64,000 nt of DNA from an uncultured Novosphingobium sp. (GTDB lineage: Bacteria; Pseudomonadota; Alphaproteobacteria; Sphingomonadales; Sphingomonadaceae), in NCBI GenBank assembly GCA_964550775.1, contig CAZKAX010000003.1, positions 1,740-65,739 on the forward strand. Direction: 5' to 3'. Of the stretch, positions 49,336 to 58,588 are shown piece by piece. The number at the start of each line of letters is the position of its first letter. The first letter of the stretch is position 1. The notes beneath the pieces were generated by a model. That model was given only the letters and a program-made list of their open reading frames with translations. It was not told the origin of the DNA and did not search any database. A program made the position numbers and the translations under genes.

Positions 49336-50612
49336 ACCCGATTCAGCGGATCATCGATTTTGCGAGCGGGCCGATCGAATTGCCCCCCGCTGTCAGAGCC
49401 GATGCCCTGCGGTTGCTGGCGGATACCCTAGCGGTGGGTGCGGCTGGCGCCGCTTCCGCAGAAGCAGAACCGATAGCACGCGCTGTCGCTGGCTGGGGAG
49501 CCGGTACCGAAGCCCGCTCTCTGGCGGGCGGCACACTGCCCTGCCCTTCGGCGGCATTCTTCAACGCATTTTCCATTCATTGCCTTGAATGGGATGCGGT
49601 GCATGAGCCGGCAGTGGTGCACGCCCTGTCCGTGGTAACGGCTGCGCTGCTGGCGTCATCCGATCGCCTGGGCGGCAGCACGCCCGATGCGTTCCTTACT
49701 GCCCTTGCCGTCGGCGTGGACATCGCCAGTGGCCTGGGCCTTTCCGCTGCGGGCGGCATGCGGTTTTTCCGCCCCGCGACGGCCGGCATCATCGGGGCTA
49801 CGCTGGCCGTGGCAAGGCTTGAAGGACTTGATCGCGCACGGATGGCCGATGCAGTGGGACTGGCCTACAGCTTCCTGTCCGGCACCATGCAGGCGCATGT
49901 CGAAGCATCCACTGCCCTGCCGATCCAGATCGCGAATGCAGCGCGAGGCGCAATCATGGCGAATGATCTGGCCAAGGCAGGAGTCAATGGCCCGCACGAC
50001 GTACTAACCGGACCATTCGGCTATGACGCGCTTATCGAACCGGTGCGGCTGGATGATTATCTCGCTTCGCTGCGGAAAGTCTGGCGGATCAGTGAGGTCA
50101 GCATCAAGCCTTACCCGTCCGGCCGCGCGAGTCATGGCGCGCTCGGCGCGCTGGCGGATTTGCGGGACAAAGGGTTAGTTTCGATCGAAAACGTCGAATC
50201 CATTGAACTGCTGGCCCCGCCTTTGATCCAGCGGCTGGTCGGTCGACCATTCCGGCCTGATGCGCCTCAGTCCTATAACCGCTTGTGCCTGGCCTTTCTG
50301 GCACCGCTAATGCTTCGCGATGGCGTGATCGACCCGCGCCTTGATACCACGATCGGTACGTTGGCCGAACGGGTGCGGGTGACACTGGATGGCAACCCCA
50401 ATCACAATGCCCTGTCGCCGCAAGTACTAGTTGTGCAACTGACCGATGGCCAGACGCTGCACAGGCCGGTCGCGGCCAATTCCGGCAGCCCACAGGCACC
50501 GCTCGATCCGCTGCGCGCCCGATCCAAGCTTGACCTCTGCCGCTTGCTCGCCGGACCGAACGCGGCCCAGATCTTTTCCGACCCCATCGCCTTCGCCACG
50601 GAGCCAAAATGA
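49332..50612 (+). CDS. MmgE/PrpD-family protein
   Basis: DTLAVG.AG, HCLEWDAVH...H and KPYPSGRASH motifs; ATGA-coupled to the previous gene. Confidence 0.88.
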   Translation: MNPIQRIIDFASGPIELPPAVRADALRLLADTLAVGAAGAASAEAEPIARAVAGWGAGTEARSLAGGTLPCPSAAFFNAFSIHCLEWDAVHEPAVVHALSVVTAALLASSDRLGGSTPDAFLTALAVGVDIASGLGLSAAGGMRFFRPATAGIIGATLAVARLEGLDRARMADAVGLAYSFLSGTMQAHVEASTALPIQIANAARGAIMANDLAKAGVNGPHDVLTGPFGYDALIEPVRLDDYLASLRKVWRISEVSIKPYPSGRASHGALGALADLRDKGLVSIENVESIELLAPPLIQRLVGRPFRPDAPQSYNRLCLAFLAPLMLRDGVIDPRLDTTIGTLAERVRVTLDGNPNHNALSPQVLVVQLTDGQTLHRPVAANSGSPQAPLDPLRARSKLDLCRLLAGPNAAQIFSDPIAFATEPK

Positions 50613-51970
50613 GCTTTCCCAGCTACTTCGAAACCTTCGACCCAAAGCAATTGCTGGCCGACTATCCCGTGGGCCAGGCATTCGTCGACCGATATACCCG
50701 GATGAGCCGGGACGAACTTCACGCTTTGCAGAACGAGCGCTTCATCAAGCTGATGAAACGCGGCTGGGAAATTCCCTTCTACCAGCGACTGTGGGGTAAC
50801 AAAGGCATTGAGCCGGGCGATATTCGTGGGCTGGACGACATCACCAAGCTGCCGGTCTACGACAAGTCAGACCTCATGGCCTCGGTCAACGAGCACCCGC
50901 CCTATGGTGATTTCGATGGCCGTGGTGATACGCCGGTCGTGTTCCACACTACCAGCGGCACCACAGGTCGCCCCCAACCGCTGATGTTTGGCCCCAAGGG
51001 GCGTGAAATCACCAACCTGATGATCGGCCGCATGTATCGCTGGATGGGGCTGGGCCGCGATAACGTGGTTCAGTCAGTCTATGGCCACGGCATGATCAAC
51101 GGGGGACACTACATCCGCGAAGCGGTAACCCATTATACCAATTCCCTGTTCCTGAGCGCTGGCACCGGGATCGAGACGCGGTCGGTCAACCAGGTCAACC
51201 TGATGGCTGATTTCGGCGTGACCTGCATGGTCGGCTTCGTCGACTATATCCGCAAGCTGGCCGAAGTGGCCGAAGCGGAGAAGCTGTTCGACCGCATCAA
51301 TCTCAAGATGATTATCGGCCACCTGGGGACGGAAGATCGCACATCCACCGAAGCGGCTTGGCGGGGCGCCAAGGCATTCGACTGGTACGGCGTGGGCGAC
51401 ACCGGCACGATCGCGGGCGAAGGCCCGGAGCGCGACGGTCTCTATGTATGGGAGGACGCGCAATTCCTCGAGCTGCTGAACGTGGACACCGGCGCCGCCG
51501 TGGCACCCGGCGAAACAGGCGACATGGTGGTAACCTGCCTGTTCAAGGACGACATCGCGCCCTGCATCCGGTTCAACACCCATGACATCACCGAGGAACT
51601 GACCGGCAGCAACCAGACCGGCATGGTATTCAAACGGATTTCCGGCTTCAAAGGGCGCAGCGACAACATGGTCAAGCTGCGCGGGATCAACATTTTCCCC
51701 CACGCCATCGGCGCGATCATCGAGAACCGCCCGGACCTGACGGGCGAGTTCATCTGCCATGTTGTCCGCGACGCCAGCGGCCGTGATGAGATGCTGGTGC
51801 GCCTGGAAAGCCGCGGTGGCAGCGACATGGGCGAAGTGGCCGCATTGCTTCGCAAGGGCATCGGCATCGAAGTGGGCGTTGAACTGGTGGCCCCGGGTGA
51901 AACCGCTGCTGAAACCCAGATCGATTCCCGCCAGAAGCCGATCCGCCTGATCGACCGGAGATCGCTGTGA
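50609..51970 (+). CDS. Phenylacetate-CoA ligase-like (PaaK-type) adenylate-forming enzyme
   Basis: TTSGTTGRP, YGVGD, RFNTHD and GRSDNMVKLRGINIFP motifs. Confidence 0.9.
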   Translation: MSFPSYFETFDPKQLLADYPVGQAFVDRYTRMSRDELHALQNERFIKLMKRGWEIPFYQRLWGNKGIEPGDIRGLDDITKLPVYDKSDLMASVNEHPPYGDFDGRGDTPVVFHTTSGTTGRPQPLMFGPKGREITNLMIGRMYRWMGLGRDNVVQSVYGHGMINGGHYIREAVTHYTNSLFLSAGTGIETRSVNQVNLMADFGVTCMVGFVDYIRKLAEVAEAEKLFDRINLKMIIGHLGTEDRTSTEAAWRGAKAFDWYGVGDTGTIAGEGPERDGLYVWEDAQFLELLNVDTGAAVAPGETGDMVVTCLFKDDIAPCIRFNTHDITEELTGSNQTGMVFKRISGFKGRSDNMVKLRGINIFPHAIGAIIENRPDLTGEFICHVVRDASGRDEMLVRLESRGGSDMGEVAALLRKGIGIEVGVELVAPGETAAETQIDSRQKPIRLIDRRSL

Positions 51971-53169
51971 CCGATCGCACCCCGCTTGATTTCGCCGCGC
52001 TGGCAGAGGCCAACCAGCCGCTGAACGCCTTTGTCGATTTCGACCGGGCGGCGCGGTTCGGCGAAGGGCCGCTGGTCGGCGTGACGGTCGGGGTCAAGTC
52101 CAACATCGCGGTGCGCGGCCTGCCGTGGACGGCAGGCATGGCGCTGCACCGTGGCCGGATCGCCGCGCGCGATGCCGCCACGGTAGCCGCGCTGCGCGAT
52201 GCGGGCGCTGCAATCATCGGCACGCTCAACATGGAAGAGGCGGCGCTGGGGGCCAAGACGGACAACCCGTTCTTCGGCGCCACCCACAACCCGCACCGCA
52301 TCGGCTTCACGCCCGGCGGGTCGTCGGGCGGCAGCGGCGCGGCGGTGGCGGCAGGGCTGTGTGATCTGGCGCTGGGAACCGACACCATGGGGTCGGTGCG
52401 TATCCCGGCCAGCTATTGCGGCGTGTATGGCTTCAAGCCGGCGCAAACCGCCGTCAGCCGCGACGGCCTTGAACTGGCGGAACCCGCGCTGGACGTGATC
52501 GGCCCGCTGGCCCGATCACTTGACCTGCTGGAACAGGCCGCCAAGCTTACAAGCACGTTCGGCAACGCAGCGCTGCCCGGCAAGCCGGTAACGCTGGCCG
52601 ATCTGGGCGGAGTGGAATGCACGAGCGACGTTCTGGCTTGCTTCCAGCAGGTCTGCAGCCTGCTCGACATGGCTGCGCCGCTGGCCCTGGCCGATGCGCC
52701 ATCGCGCATCCGCTATGCCGGGTTCATCGCCACCGCCGCCGCGCTCCACGCGGAACTGGCCGACGCGGACGCAGCTCTGCTTTCGCCGACGCTGGCAAAG
52801 CTCATCTCCTATGGCCCGCACCGCAAGGACGAGGACCGGCAGGCCGACCGCGAAGTTCTGGCCCGCACCGCCGAGCGCCTCAATGAAATCGTCACGCAAA
52901 CCGGGCCGCTGGTTCTGCCGACCGCACCGCAGCCGGCCTTCGACCATGCCGAACCGGCCCCCGCCAACCAGGCCGATTTCACCTGTCTCGCCAATGTCGG
53001 CAACCTGCCCGCCGTGACCATCCCGGCCGGCACTGCCGCCAACGGCATGCCGATCGGCGTCCAGATCGTGGGCCCGCGCGGGGCCGAAGCCGGCCTGTTC
53101 GCCCTCGCCCGCCAGATCGACGGGCAGCTTCGCGCCTATCGGCAGCCAGATCATTTTCACGCAGGATAG
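51967..53169 (+). CDS. Amidase-signature family amidase
   Basis: GVKSNI, GGSSGGS and GTDTMGSVRIPA (Ser-cisSer-Lys triad). Confidence 0.93.
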   Translation: MTDRTPLDFAALAEANQPLNAFVDFDRAARFGEGPLVGVTVGVKSNIAVRGLPWTAGMALHRGRIAARDAATVAALRDAGAAIIGTLNMEEAALGAKTDNPFFGATHNPHRIGFTPGGSSGGSGAAVAAGLCDLALGTDTMGSVRIPASYCGVYGFKPAQTAVSRDGLELAEPALDVIGPLARSLDLLEQAAKLTSTFGNAALPGKPVTLADLGGVECTSDVLACFQQVCSLLDMAAPLALADAPSRIRYAGFIATAAALHAELADADAALLSPTLAKLISYGPHRKDEDRQADREVLARTAERLNEIVTQTGPLVLPTAPQPAFDHAEPAPANQADFTCLANVGNLPAVTIPAGTAANGMPIGVQIVGPRGAEAGLFALARQIDGQLRAYRQPDHFHAG

Positions 53170-53181
53170 AAGGTTTTCACC

Positions 53182-53487
53182 ATGCGCATCATAGTGCTTT
53201 TCAATCTCAAGGATGGCGTTGATCCGGCGGCTTACGAGGCCTGGGCACGCGGGTCCGACATCCCCGCCGTCAACGCGCTGGGTTCGGTGATCCGCTTCAC
53301 GGTCCACAAGTCGCTCGGCCTGTTCGGTTCGGGCGAAGCCGCGCCTTATCAGTATGTCGAAGTGATCGACATTGCCGACATGGAAGGCTTCGTCGGCGAC
53401 ATCTCGACCGCCGCGTTCCAGGAAATGGCCAAGCCGTTCCAGGACTTTGCCGACAATCCGCAGTTCATTCTCACGGAAAACTTGTGA
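53182..53487 (+). CDS. RedY/HapK-like small dimeric alpha-beta barrel protein
   Basis: IIVLFNLKDGVDPAAYEAWAR..D.P...L.SV..F......PYQYVEVIDI pattern; 101 aa. Confidence 0.75.
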   Translation: MRIIVLFNLKDGVDPAAYEAWARGSDIPAVNALGSVIRFTVHKSLGLFGSGEAAPYQYVEVIDIADMEGFVGDISTAAFQEMAKPFQDFADNPQFILTENL

Positions 53488-54287
53488 TGCCGGGCCGCTT
53501 TTCGGGCAAAACGGTCGTCATCACCGGATCGGGCAAGCAGAAGGGGCTCGGTCAGGCGATCCTCCAGCGTTTCGCTAACGAAGGCGCCAACTGCGTCGTG
53601 TCCGATCTTGTCATCGATGCCGAGGCGGAAGCCGTTGCCGAAGACCTGCGCAGCCGCAACGCACAGATTGCCACGATCGCCTGCGACGTCAGCCAGGCCG
53701 ACCAATGCCAAGGCCTGATCGATCAGGCCGTGGCCCGTTTCGGCAGCGTGGACATCCACGTCAACAACGCCGGCATCGGCTTCATGATGAAGCCCTTTCT
53801 GGATGTCGATCCGGCCGACTGGGCCAAGGTGATCGGGGTGAACCTGTCGGGCGCGTTCTATTGTTCGCAGGCGGCAGCCCGCGCGATGATCGCCGGCGGC
53901 AAGGGCGGGCGTATCATCAACATCGCCTCGCAAGCAGCGAAAAGCGCGTTTCCGGATCTTCCGGCCTATGTCAGCTCCAAGCATGGTATGGTCGGCCTGA
54001 CCCGCGCTGCGGCGCTGGAACTGGGCAAGCACAAGATCACCGTAAACGCGGTTTGCCCGAACCACGTGACCACCGGCCTTGGCGCGCAGCAGAACGAATA
54101 CTTCTCGCGGCTGCTGGGTTTCGCCACGGTCGAGGATTACATCGCTGACATGCACCGCAAGAACCCGATGGGTCGCCCCGGTCTTGCCAGCGATACGGCG
54201 GCGGCCTGCGCATGGCTTGCTAGCGATGATGCCTTTTATGTTACCGGCGAGGCGCTGAACGTCTCGGGCGGGGAGGAAATGCACTGA
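53484..54287 (+). CDS. SDR-family oxidoreductase
   Basis: TG....GLG, NNAG and YVSSK motifs. Confidence 0.93.
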   Translation: MMPGRFSGKTVVITGSGKQKGLGQAILQRFANEGANCVVSDLVIDAEAEAVAEDLRSRNAQIATIACDVSQADQCQGLIDQAVARFGSVDIHVNNAGIGFMMKPFLDVDPADWAKVIGVNLSGAFYCSQAAARAMIAGGKGGRIINIASQAAKSAFPDLPAYVSSKHGMVGLTRAAALELGKHKITVNAVCPNHVTTGLGAQQNEYFSRLLGFATVEDYIADMHRKNPMGRPGLASDTAAACAWLASDDAFYVTGEALNVSGGEEMH

Positions 54288-55153
54288 TGCACGAAGAATC
54301 GATCCGTTGGCCCGATGGCAACATCATGGCCCTGTCCGTGGTGGTGAACGTCGAGGAAGGCAGCGAAATGACCGTGGCCCGCGGGGACCGCGGCATGGAG
54401 CCAGTCGACGAACTGGGCATCCACATCCGTTCGCCGATCCGCAACTACGGCAACGAAAGCAACTACCTGTATGGCATCAAGGCCGGCGCGCCGCGTATCG
54501 TGCGCCTGCTCAAGGCCTATGACATCATGGCCAGTTGGACGGTTGCCGCGCTAAGCCTTGAAAACTATCCCGAAATCGCCGCCGCCATCGCGGAACTGGG
54601 GCATGAGCCGGTCAGCCACGGCTGGCGCTGGGTCCACCAGTTCAAGATGAACGAGGAGCAGGAGCGCGAATTCATCCGCAAGGCGGTGGAATCGATCGAA
54701 CGCACCGTCGGTGTGCGCCCCTATGGCTGGCTCTCGCGCTATTTTCACACCGATGCCACGCGCCGCCTGCTGATCGAGGAAGGCTTTGCCTACCACATGG
54801 ACGATTATTCGGGCGACGTGCCGTTCTGGGATCGCACGACCGTTCCGGGCAAGCCGCTGGCGATCGTGCCTTATCAACTCGACAGCAACGACATGAAGAT
54901 GTGGACCGATCCGGCGCTGACCCCGCACCAATGGCTGGACTATGCCAAGGCCAACTTCGACCAGATCTACCGCGAAGGGCAGCAGGGCCTTGGCCGCATG
55001 ATGTCGCTGGGCCTGCACTTGCGCATCATCGGCCGTCCGGGCCGCATCTGGGCGCTGGAAGAATTCTTCCGCCATGTCCGCGCCCATGAAGGCGTGTGGG
55101 TGGCAAGCCGCCACCAGATTGCGCAGCACCTTGCCACGGTCGATCCGGCATGA
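54287..55153 (+). CDS. Polysaccharide-deacetylase-fold hydrolase, PuuE (allantoinase)-like
   Basis: VNVEEGSE, ES.Y.YG..AG, HGWRW and GLHLRIIGRPGR motifs. Confidence 0.85.
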   Translation: MHEESIRWPDGNIMALSVVVNVEEGSEMTVARGDRGMEPVDELGIHIRSPIRNYGNESNYLYGIKAGAPRIVRLLKAYDIMASWTVAALSLENYPEIAAAIAELGHEPVSHGWRWVHQFKMNEEQEREFIRKAVESIERTVGVRPYGWLSRYFHTDATRRLLIEEGFAYHMDDYSGDVPFWDRTTVPGKPLAIVPYQLDSNDMKMWTDPALTPHQWLDYAKANFDQIYREGQQGLGRMMSLGLHLRIIGRPGRIWALEEFFRHVRAHEGVWVASRHQIAQHLATVDPA

Positions 55154-55917
55154 CCCTGCGACTGGAACGGCAGGGTGCGGTGGCTCACCTGCTGATCGAC
55201 CGCGCAGACAAGCGCAATGCCTTCAACCAGGAAATGTGGGACTTGTTCCCGCAACTTCTGGCCCAGGCGATGGCCGATCCGGCAGTCAATGTGCTGGTGG
55301 TGCGCGCGGCCAAACCGGACAGCGCATTCTGCGCAGGTGCGGACATTGGTGAATTTGCCACCGGCGCACGCGATCGGGAATGGCGCGCCGCCAATCAGGC
55401 CGCGATCAATCGCGTACAGCATGAACTGGCCCGCGCGGCAAAGCCGACCATTGCCTTCATCGAGGGCGATTGCGTGGGCGGCGGCTGCGGCATTGCACTG
55501 GCCTGCGATTTCCGCGTCGCTGGTCCAAAGGCGCGCTTTGGCATCACCCCGGCCAAACTGGGGCTGGTCTATCCCTTGCACGACACCAAGCTGCTGGTCG
55601 ACCTGGTCGGTCCGGCCCAGGCCAAGCGCATCCTGTTCACCGGTACATTGCTGACCGCGGCAGAGGCGCTCGCGATCGGCATGGTAACGCTCCTCGACAC
55701 CGATCCTGCCGCCGCACTTGACCGCATCACAAGTGAACTTGTGGCGGTTTCGGGTCACAGCCAGCGCATGTCCAAGGTGATGGTCCAGCGCATTCTGGAT
55801 GGACAGGTCGCTGACGACGATACCACCCGCGCTGAATTCGCCGCCGCTTTCGACGGTGATGACTTTGCAGAAGGCGTCAGTGCGTTTCTGGCAAAGCGGC
55901 CACCAGTCTTCCGATGA
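55150..55917 (+). CDS. Crotonase (enoyl-CoA hydratase/isomerase) family protein
   Basis: KRNA, FCAGADI, GGGCGIALACD and TPAKLG motifs. Confidence 0.9.
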   Translation: MTLRLERQGAVAHLLIDRADKRNAFNQEMWDLFPQLLAQAMADPAVNVLVVRAAKPDSAFCAGADIGEFATGARDREWRAANQAAINRVQHELARAAKPTIAFIEGDCVGGGCGIALACDFRVAGPKARFGITPAKLGLVYPLHDTKLLVDLVGPAQAKRILFTGTLLTAAEALAIGMVTLLDTDPAAALDRITSELVAVSGHSQRMSKVMVQRILDGQVADDDTTRAEFAAAFDGDDFAEGVSAFLAKRPPVFR

Positions 55918-56828
55918 GCGCGCCCTTTGCAGACCCGCCGCGCCACGGCCAGATCGTGGGCGGCCTGTCCGTGACCCCTGATCTTGACGCGGCGATCCTG
56001 GACTACCGCGATGTCCTTGGCCTGGAACTGGTCGAAGCCTCGCGGATTAACGACAGACTTGCCGCTGCCTGGGGCGCGCCCGCCAGCGCCGGTTCGCGCA
56101 TGGCCGTTCTTCGACCGCAAAGCGGGTCACCCTGCGCGCTTCGTCTGGTCGAACAGCCCGATTGCCCGGCTTTCGTCCCGACCACGAGCCACGGCTGGGC
56201 CGCCTTCGAACTTACCGTCCAGGACGTGTTCGGCTGGCCGGACCGGCTGGACGGGTCCGGCTTTTCGATCCAGGGCTTGCCGCGCGAATTGGAAGGAATG
56301 GCCTATTTCATTCCGATGCAGGTATTGGGCCGCGGCCGGGAAATGGTCTATCTGAACGAAGTGCGCGCGGACATGCCGAACTGTGATCTGCCCCGCGCAC
56401 AGTCATCGGTGGATCATCTGTTCATCGCCATCCTGGCCACGCCCGATCGGGCGGCCTCGGTTCAATGGTATGAGCGGCATCTTTGCTTGCAGGCTGCCGA
56501 CACATTCAATCTGACCTACAGGATGATCAATCAGGCCTTCGACCTGCCGGACAGTTACCGCACTGATCTGACGATGGTCCAGAACGGGCGGATGACGATC
56601 TTCGAGGTGGATGGATACCCTCCTCAGGCCAAGGCCCGCCCACAGCACGATGCTATGCTTCCGCCTGGCAACGCATTGGTCAGCATTGGCGTCGCCAATC
56701 TTGATGCACTGGACATCGAATGGCTTGCACCGCCGGCTACCCATGCCGGTTTCCCCTACAATGGCCGCCGCGCCGCAACCCTGCGGGGGCCCAGCGGCGA
56801 ACTACTGGAGTGTATTGAATATGGCTGA
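55914..56828 (+). CDS. VOC/glyoxalase-superfamily protein (two domains)
   Basis: PDLDAAI..Y..VLG and PDRAASVQWY repeats; ends GPSGELLE.IE. Confidence 0.75.
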   Translation: MSAPFADPPRHGQIVGGLSVTPDLDAAILDYRDVLGLELVEASRINDRLAAAWGAPASAGSRMAVLRPQSGSPCALRLVEQPDCPAFVPTTSHGWAAFELTVQDVFGWPDRLDGSGFSIQGLPRELEGMAYFIPMQVLGRGREMVYLNEVRADMPNCDLPRAQSSVDHLFIAILATPDRAASVQWYERHLCLQAADTFNLTYRMINQAFDLPDSYRTDLTMVQNGRMTIFEVDGYPPQAKARPQHDAMLPPGNALVSIGVANLDALDIEWLAPPATHAGFPYNGRRAATLRGPSGELLECIEYG

Positions 56829-57594
56829 CACAACAAAGTTCATGCCGCCTGCCGGATCCCGTATTGCCGTGCTGGGAGCCTGCGGCGGGATCGGCGCAGA
56901 CGTCGTTCGGGCGCTGGTCGATGGTGGCTGCACGGTGATTGCCATGGACTTGCCCGGTTCGCTGGCCGAAGCGCCCGGCCCTGCACACCATGCCATCGCC
57001 TTTGATGGGCGTGACCCGGAATCGATCTCCTCGGCGTTTGCACAAATGGCGCAGATCAGCCCCCGGCTCGACGGCCTTGTCATCGCTTCGGGTTTTGCTG
57101 GCCCACGCCAACCGATCGATCAGTGGGAGATCGATCAGATCGACGATGTGCTGGTTGGCAACCTGCGGTTGATGACGCTGTGCCTTCGCGCCGCCGTGCC
57201 GCTGCTGAAGCATGACGGCACCGCAAGCGTGGTGATGTTGACAAGCGACATGGCCTACATCCCGCAGGCAGGTTATGCCCCTTATGTGGCAGCCAAAGCC
57301 GGGATGGTCGCGATGGGCCAATCCGTTGCGCGTGAGTTGGCCCCCGGAGTGCGGATCAACTTCGTGTCGCCCGGCGCGGTGGACACTCCCTTCCTGCGGG
57401 GTGGCCGAGGGCGGACGCTGGACCCGGCTGCACCGCTCCGGTTCGACATGGACGCATATCTCGCGCAGATCCCGCTTGCGCGGATGGCGACGGCCAGCGA
57501 TGTCACAGGCCCGATCCTGTTCCTACTTGGCCCAGGATCAAGCTATATGACCGGAAATGTGCTGCACGTCAGCGGCGGGGCTTACATGGGTTAG
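56821..57594 (+). CDS. SDR-family oxidoreductase
   Basis: GACGGIG, YVAAK and RIN.VSPG.VDT motifs. Confidence 0.9.
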   Translation: MADTTKFMPPAGSRIAVLGACGGIGADVVRALVDGGCTVIAMDLPGSLAEAPGPAHHAIAFDGRDPESISSAFAQMAQISPRLDGLVIASGFAGPRQPIDQWEIDQIDDVLVGNLRLMTLCLRAAVPLLKHDGTASVVMLTSDMAYIPQAGYAPYVAAKAGMVAMGQSVARELAPGVRINFVSPGAVDTPFLRGGRGRTLDPAAPLRFDMDAYLAQIPLARMATASDVTGPILFLLGPGSSYMTGNVLHVSGGAYMG

Positions 57595-57754
57595 GCCGAA
57601 AACGCATGAACGGCGCCATCGGGATCTGAAACAAAATCACTAAGTGCAAGGAGGCGCGGAAATGGCCGATATTTCTATGCTTCCTGACGCGGCGATTGGC
57701 CATTCAGGCGCCTCGATAATGGCATTTGTGCGTTTGCGGGCTGGAATGGCAACC

Positions 57755-57777
57755 GGGCGCAGCATGTCGCTGCGCCC
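57755..57777. terminator. Stem-loop between convergent operons
   Basis: GGGCGCAGC-ATGTC-GCTGCGCCC, a perfect 9-bp stem. Confidence 0.5.
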
Positions 57778-57801
57778 AGCTCCATCACAGAGCCAACCGG
57801 T

Positions 57802-58536
57802 TCAGATAACGGCCTCGCCCGGGGCCAGGCTGTTGTCCATGTCCCGCCAGACACGCCAGTTGCCATCATCGCCCCGCTTGTAGACCAACAGGGTCCGCCC
57901 CGCGATCTGGTAGGCGTCACGGTCCGATGGGGCAATTGACATCACAAAGCGCAGCACCTGATAGCCAAACGCGCCTTCAACCTCGATTGACTCGATCGTT
58001 GATTCCACCTCGACCCGGTTTCCGGACCGGGCATGACGGGCAAAGTGATCGATCACCGCATCGACCCCTTTCAGCAACGGCGCGGCGTTGGGGCTGACCA
58101 GGCAGTCCGGCTCGTAAAGATCGCGCATCGCCACCAGGTCGCCAGAGGCATAACTCGACTTCCAACGCTCGCCTGCCTCCACGATTCCGGCGATGGCGGC
58201 GGCGCGGTTATGCCCTGCCGCATCTCTGCCTACAGCCGGAGCGTCCGGGCTTTCCAATGCCAGAACCTTGCAGCGGGCAATACCCTCGCGCAGGGGGCGG
58301 ATGCGGGCGTATTCCTCACTTTCCCAGAACGCCCGCAGCGCGGCCATGTCAGTCCACTGGGAGACGACGACCGAAGCGCCGTCCAGACCATCGCCTTCCA
58401 GCCCAAGTGCGCCCGGCGCGCGCAGCAGGTATCGACCGCCCATCCGGGTCACCAACGCGGCGGCTACCCTTGCATAGCCGCCCATGAAAGCCTCACGATC
58501 ATCAACGTGGGCAATGACAACAAGATAAGCAGCCAT
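57802..58536 (-). CDS. DUF1330-like plus NTF2/DUF4440-like two-domain protein
   Basis: N-half AYLVV...GGRYL.R...LEG...FWESEEY..IRPLR; C-half GDLVAMRDLY..D...G..AV...LLVYKR..DGNWRV.RD. Confidence 0.8.
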   Translation of the reverse strand: MAAYLVVIAHVDDREAFMGGYARVAAALVTRMGGRYLLRAPGALGLEGDGLDGASVVVSQWTDMAALRAFWESEEYARIRPLREGIARCKVLALESPDAPAVGRDAAGHNRAAAIAGIVEAGERWKSSYASGDLVAMRDLYEPDCLVSPNAAPLLKGVDAVIDHFARHARSGNRVEVESTIESIEVEGAFGYQVLRFVMSIAPSDRDAYQIAGRTLLVYKRGDDGNWRVWRDMDNSLAPGEAVI

Positions 58537-58588
58537 GCAGCTTGCTCCTAAGAACGATCAACCGGACAGTTTGAGGATGGCGCGCGGA

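Noticed and set aside
50609..51970. Assignment as paaK of phenylacetate catabolism
   Set aside because: No paaABCDE, paaG or paaZ in the window; family-level similarity only.
54287..55153. Assignment as puuE of purine degradation
   Set aside because: No uricase, HIU hydrolase, OHCU decarboxylase or allantoicase nearby, so the substrate is probably different.
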